A DNA stretch of 9,313 nucleotides from sequence record OY723338.1; one strand, written 5' to 3'. The notes beneath the pieces are model-generated. The model was given only the letters and a program-made list of their open reading frames with translations. It did not search any database and was not told the DNA's origin. A program made the position numbers and the translations under genes. This document shows positions 7,321 to 9,313 of the stretch, one piece after another. Numbering within the stretch: position 1 is the first letter of the stretch; every line of letters starts with the position of its first letter.

Positions 7321-7334
7321 CGCGCGCGCGCGCG
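7321..7334. repeat. (CG)7 tract (paralogue)
   Basis: Same sequence in block D copy 2, with the same length. Confidence 0.97.
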
Positions 7335-7735
7335 AAGGGCGGATCCGAGTCAGGCAGAAAACGAATGCATCATTTTGGACCCTTTTGGAGACATTAGGGG
7401 TCTTAATGTGCACATTTGCGACCCCAAAAGGCCCAAAAGTGCCTAAAATGGGTCATTTTATGCCCTTTTCGGATGCACACAATGGGAATGCCATCGCCGG
7501 AGACCATATTCCTTACAGTGACCTTAGGAATATGAGTACGCGAAATCGGGGCAATTATGCCATTTACGGGTACCCCTAAAATGAGCACTTTTGGACCCCT
7601 TTTGGCACCCCTTGGATCCCTCAGTGTACTGGTGGCATGTGCATATCCCCTGATGCCTCTTTATCGAGGGAATGGGGATACCTGCATACCATACAGTATA
7701 TGTGTTACTAGTGGGTATCGGCACACCTCCCAAAA

Positions 7736-7754
7736 CATGTCATTTCGTGACATG
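7736..7754. repeat. Short inverted repeat (paralogue of 3000-3018)
   Basis: Identical sequence in block D copy 2. Confidence 0.8.
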
Positions 7755-8025
7755 ATCTAGTCGAGATGAGCGAATCCACTACTATTACATATCATGGTGT
7801 AATGAGCTATACAGAGTACTATAGGTATTGGGGGTATCCCTAATGGCAGCATATGCCCCATTAGAGGTATGCACCATATCCCCTAGTATCCCTTACAGCA
7901 CATACCATGAACAGGTACTCATTAGTAGTACAGAATGTGTATGTCATGACACCAAAACACATGTTTCGAGACATCTAAACACATGGTTTGCACGTATGAT
8001 CATATACAGTATCTAGTGATATACA

Positions 8026-8806
8026 GGATACTAGTAGTATGCACGGAGGGTATGAGGGGTACGGGATACCCCTACATCATAGCCTAACAGCATACACTAC
8101 GAGTACTATGTATACCATGGATACCACATGTATACTATTACGGGTAGGTACTCATGAGCAGTATCATCATGTAAATGCATGCATTTGATGACATGAAGTA
8201 CTCATTATGAGTAGGTATACACATCTAATACCACTAGTACAACAGCATACACACCATTAGTACCATGTATCCTATGGTATACAGTACATGGGGAGTACGG
8301 GTACCATTACACCATGCAGAGGTGTATGGAGTACTATATGGTATATAGGGAGTATCCAGTAGTCACCAGATATCATGTACTTGCATGCATTTGATGACAT
8401 GAAACACATGATTCGATGTACTCATTAACAGTATGCATACACACTAAGTACTCAGTATACACCATTACTAGTACTATGTACAGTATAGGGGATACCTGCA
8501 GTATATACCCCATGTACCAGTGGACCCCATATCCCTCAAGGGAACTGGAAGAAGGTCCAACTTGCAGAGCATGTGATGTCTACATGTACTCATTAGTAGT
8601 ATGCATACACATCTAATACCACTAGTACTACACCATGTACACCATTAGTACCATGTATACAGTAGTATACAGTACATGGGGCATACAGGTACATACCACC
8701 ATTACAGAGGTGTATGGAGTACTATATGTATCTATGAGGGTATCCAGTAACACCAGATATCATGGTATTGCATGCATTTGATGACATGAAAACACATGAT
8801 TTGATG
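8026..8806 (+). repeat. M monomer sub-array (about 3.5 monomers, mixed divergence)
   Basis: 8026-8217 belongs to block D. 8184-8412 is identical to 353-581. 8413-8806 consists of diverged monomers; for example 8500-8560 is a diverged version of 640-690. Confidence 0.7.
8184..8412 (+). repeat. 229-bp perfect copy of 353-581
   Basis: Overlaps the right end of block D by 34 nt (8184-8217), within the shared motif TTTGATGACATGAAGTACTCATTATGAGTAGGTA. Confidence 0.85.
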
Positions 8807-9313
8807 TACTCAGATTACATGATTATGGTGGTATCCAGGACATCACCAGATCCCTTAGAGACCATGGGGATCACTACATATGCTATAAGGAGTACACATG
8901 CTCTGCATGGTACCTATATCATAGGGTAGGGGTATCCCTCATGATACCTATGGAGACCATATCCTCTAGATACATGGTATGTGCTCAGAGGATGGTGCCA
9001 TGGTATGAGGTCCCCAAAAGGGTCCAAATACATGATTTGGGGTGTCTAAAATGACCACTTTTGGCACCTTTCTGGAGGACCCAAAACGGGTGATTCAATC
9101 CCCCAAAAGGGGTCCGCAAATCAAGCCCAGAAATGGTCATAAAAAGGGCTCGTGGGGGTACCCCCATGAGCACTTTTAGGACCCTAAAATGGGTGTTTTG
9201 GACCCCTAAAATGGTGTATTTAGACCCTTTCGGAGGGGTACAGGCAACGAGTACTACTAGATACATACCAGCAGACCATGTATCCTATGGTATATAGGAC
9301 ATGGGGGCTACGG
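8807..9313 (+). repeat. Block C, copy 3 (507 bp), running to the window end
   Basis: Differs from copy 2 over the tail by one substitution (GGAGGACCC vs GGAGGTCCC) and one T-run length change (9174-9177). It ends at exactly the base equivalent to 4911 and 6195. Confidence 0.93.

Larger units (their letters stand above)
6321..8217 (+). repeat. Block D, copy 2 (1.9 kb)
   Basis: See copy 1. The left flank differs (module S here, segment X in unit I). On the right, homology breaks at 3482/8218. Confidence 0.93.
4912..9313 (+). repeat. Higher-order repeat unit II (4402 bp; module order S-E-M-C-S-D-M-C)
   Basis: Starts with the same GTACCATTACACCATTACGGG as position 1 and ends with the same ATGGGGGCTACGG as 4899-4911. 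Colinear with unit I except for two segmental replacements. Confidence 0.8.

Noticed and set aside
1-9313. Hidden genes under alternative genetic codes (TGA=Trp, or TAA/TAG=Gln)
   Set aside because: TGA is frequent (the core TGATGACATGAA alone blocks two frames), and so are TAG and TAA (CTAGAGG, CTAATG, ATTAG). No reassignment I could apply by eye opens a long frame. This should still be confirmed computationally.

Overview
I found no credible protein-coding gene, tRNA, rRNA, CRISPR array or transposase-type mobile element in this 9,313-nt window. The longest ORF in any frame is 121 aa. The listed ORFs overlap on both strands inside repeats, so they look like by-products of repetition. The window is a nested mosaic of head-to-tail repeats. 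(1) Two diverged higher-order units, 1-4911 and 4912-9313, share three colinear blocks: A (1-1010 = 4912-5920, about 97-98% identical), D (1585-3481 = 6321-8217, about 99.2%) and C (4407-4911 = 5690-6195 = 8807-9313, 99.6-100%). (2) Inside these lies a satellite-like family of roughly 190-240-bp monomers (M) built around the 12-mer TGATGACATGAA, with 17 exact copies, all on the + strand. (3) A sharply bounded 132-bp element (E) occurs five times in two subtypes. (4) Smaller features are a degenerate 22-bp-period repeat with phased A/T tracts, a perfect (GCAGATAGGTAT)4 minisatellite, a (CG)7 tract and a six-run G-quadruplex motif. The last four each occur once per D copy. The last base (9313) and the first base (1) recreate exactly the C-to-S junction seen internally at 4911/4912 and 6195/6196. 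The window is therefore either a circular molecule or an exact two-unit slice of a tandem macrosatellite. The units differ by two segmental replacements: X (1011-1584) and U (3716-4348) in unit I, against C-tail plus S and extra monomers in unit II. GC content is roughly mid-40s % by spot counts, with strong local G/C skew. CATG and GTAC are several-fold over-represented. The architecture fits a eukaryote-type complex satellite, or an extrachromosomal circle derived from one, much better than a prokaryotic or viral coding region. I cannot assign a taxon from the sequence alone. All identities and counts are from hand alignment and should be recomputed.
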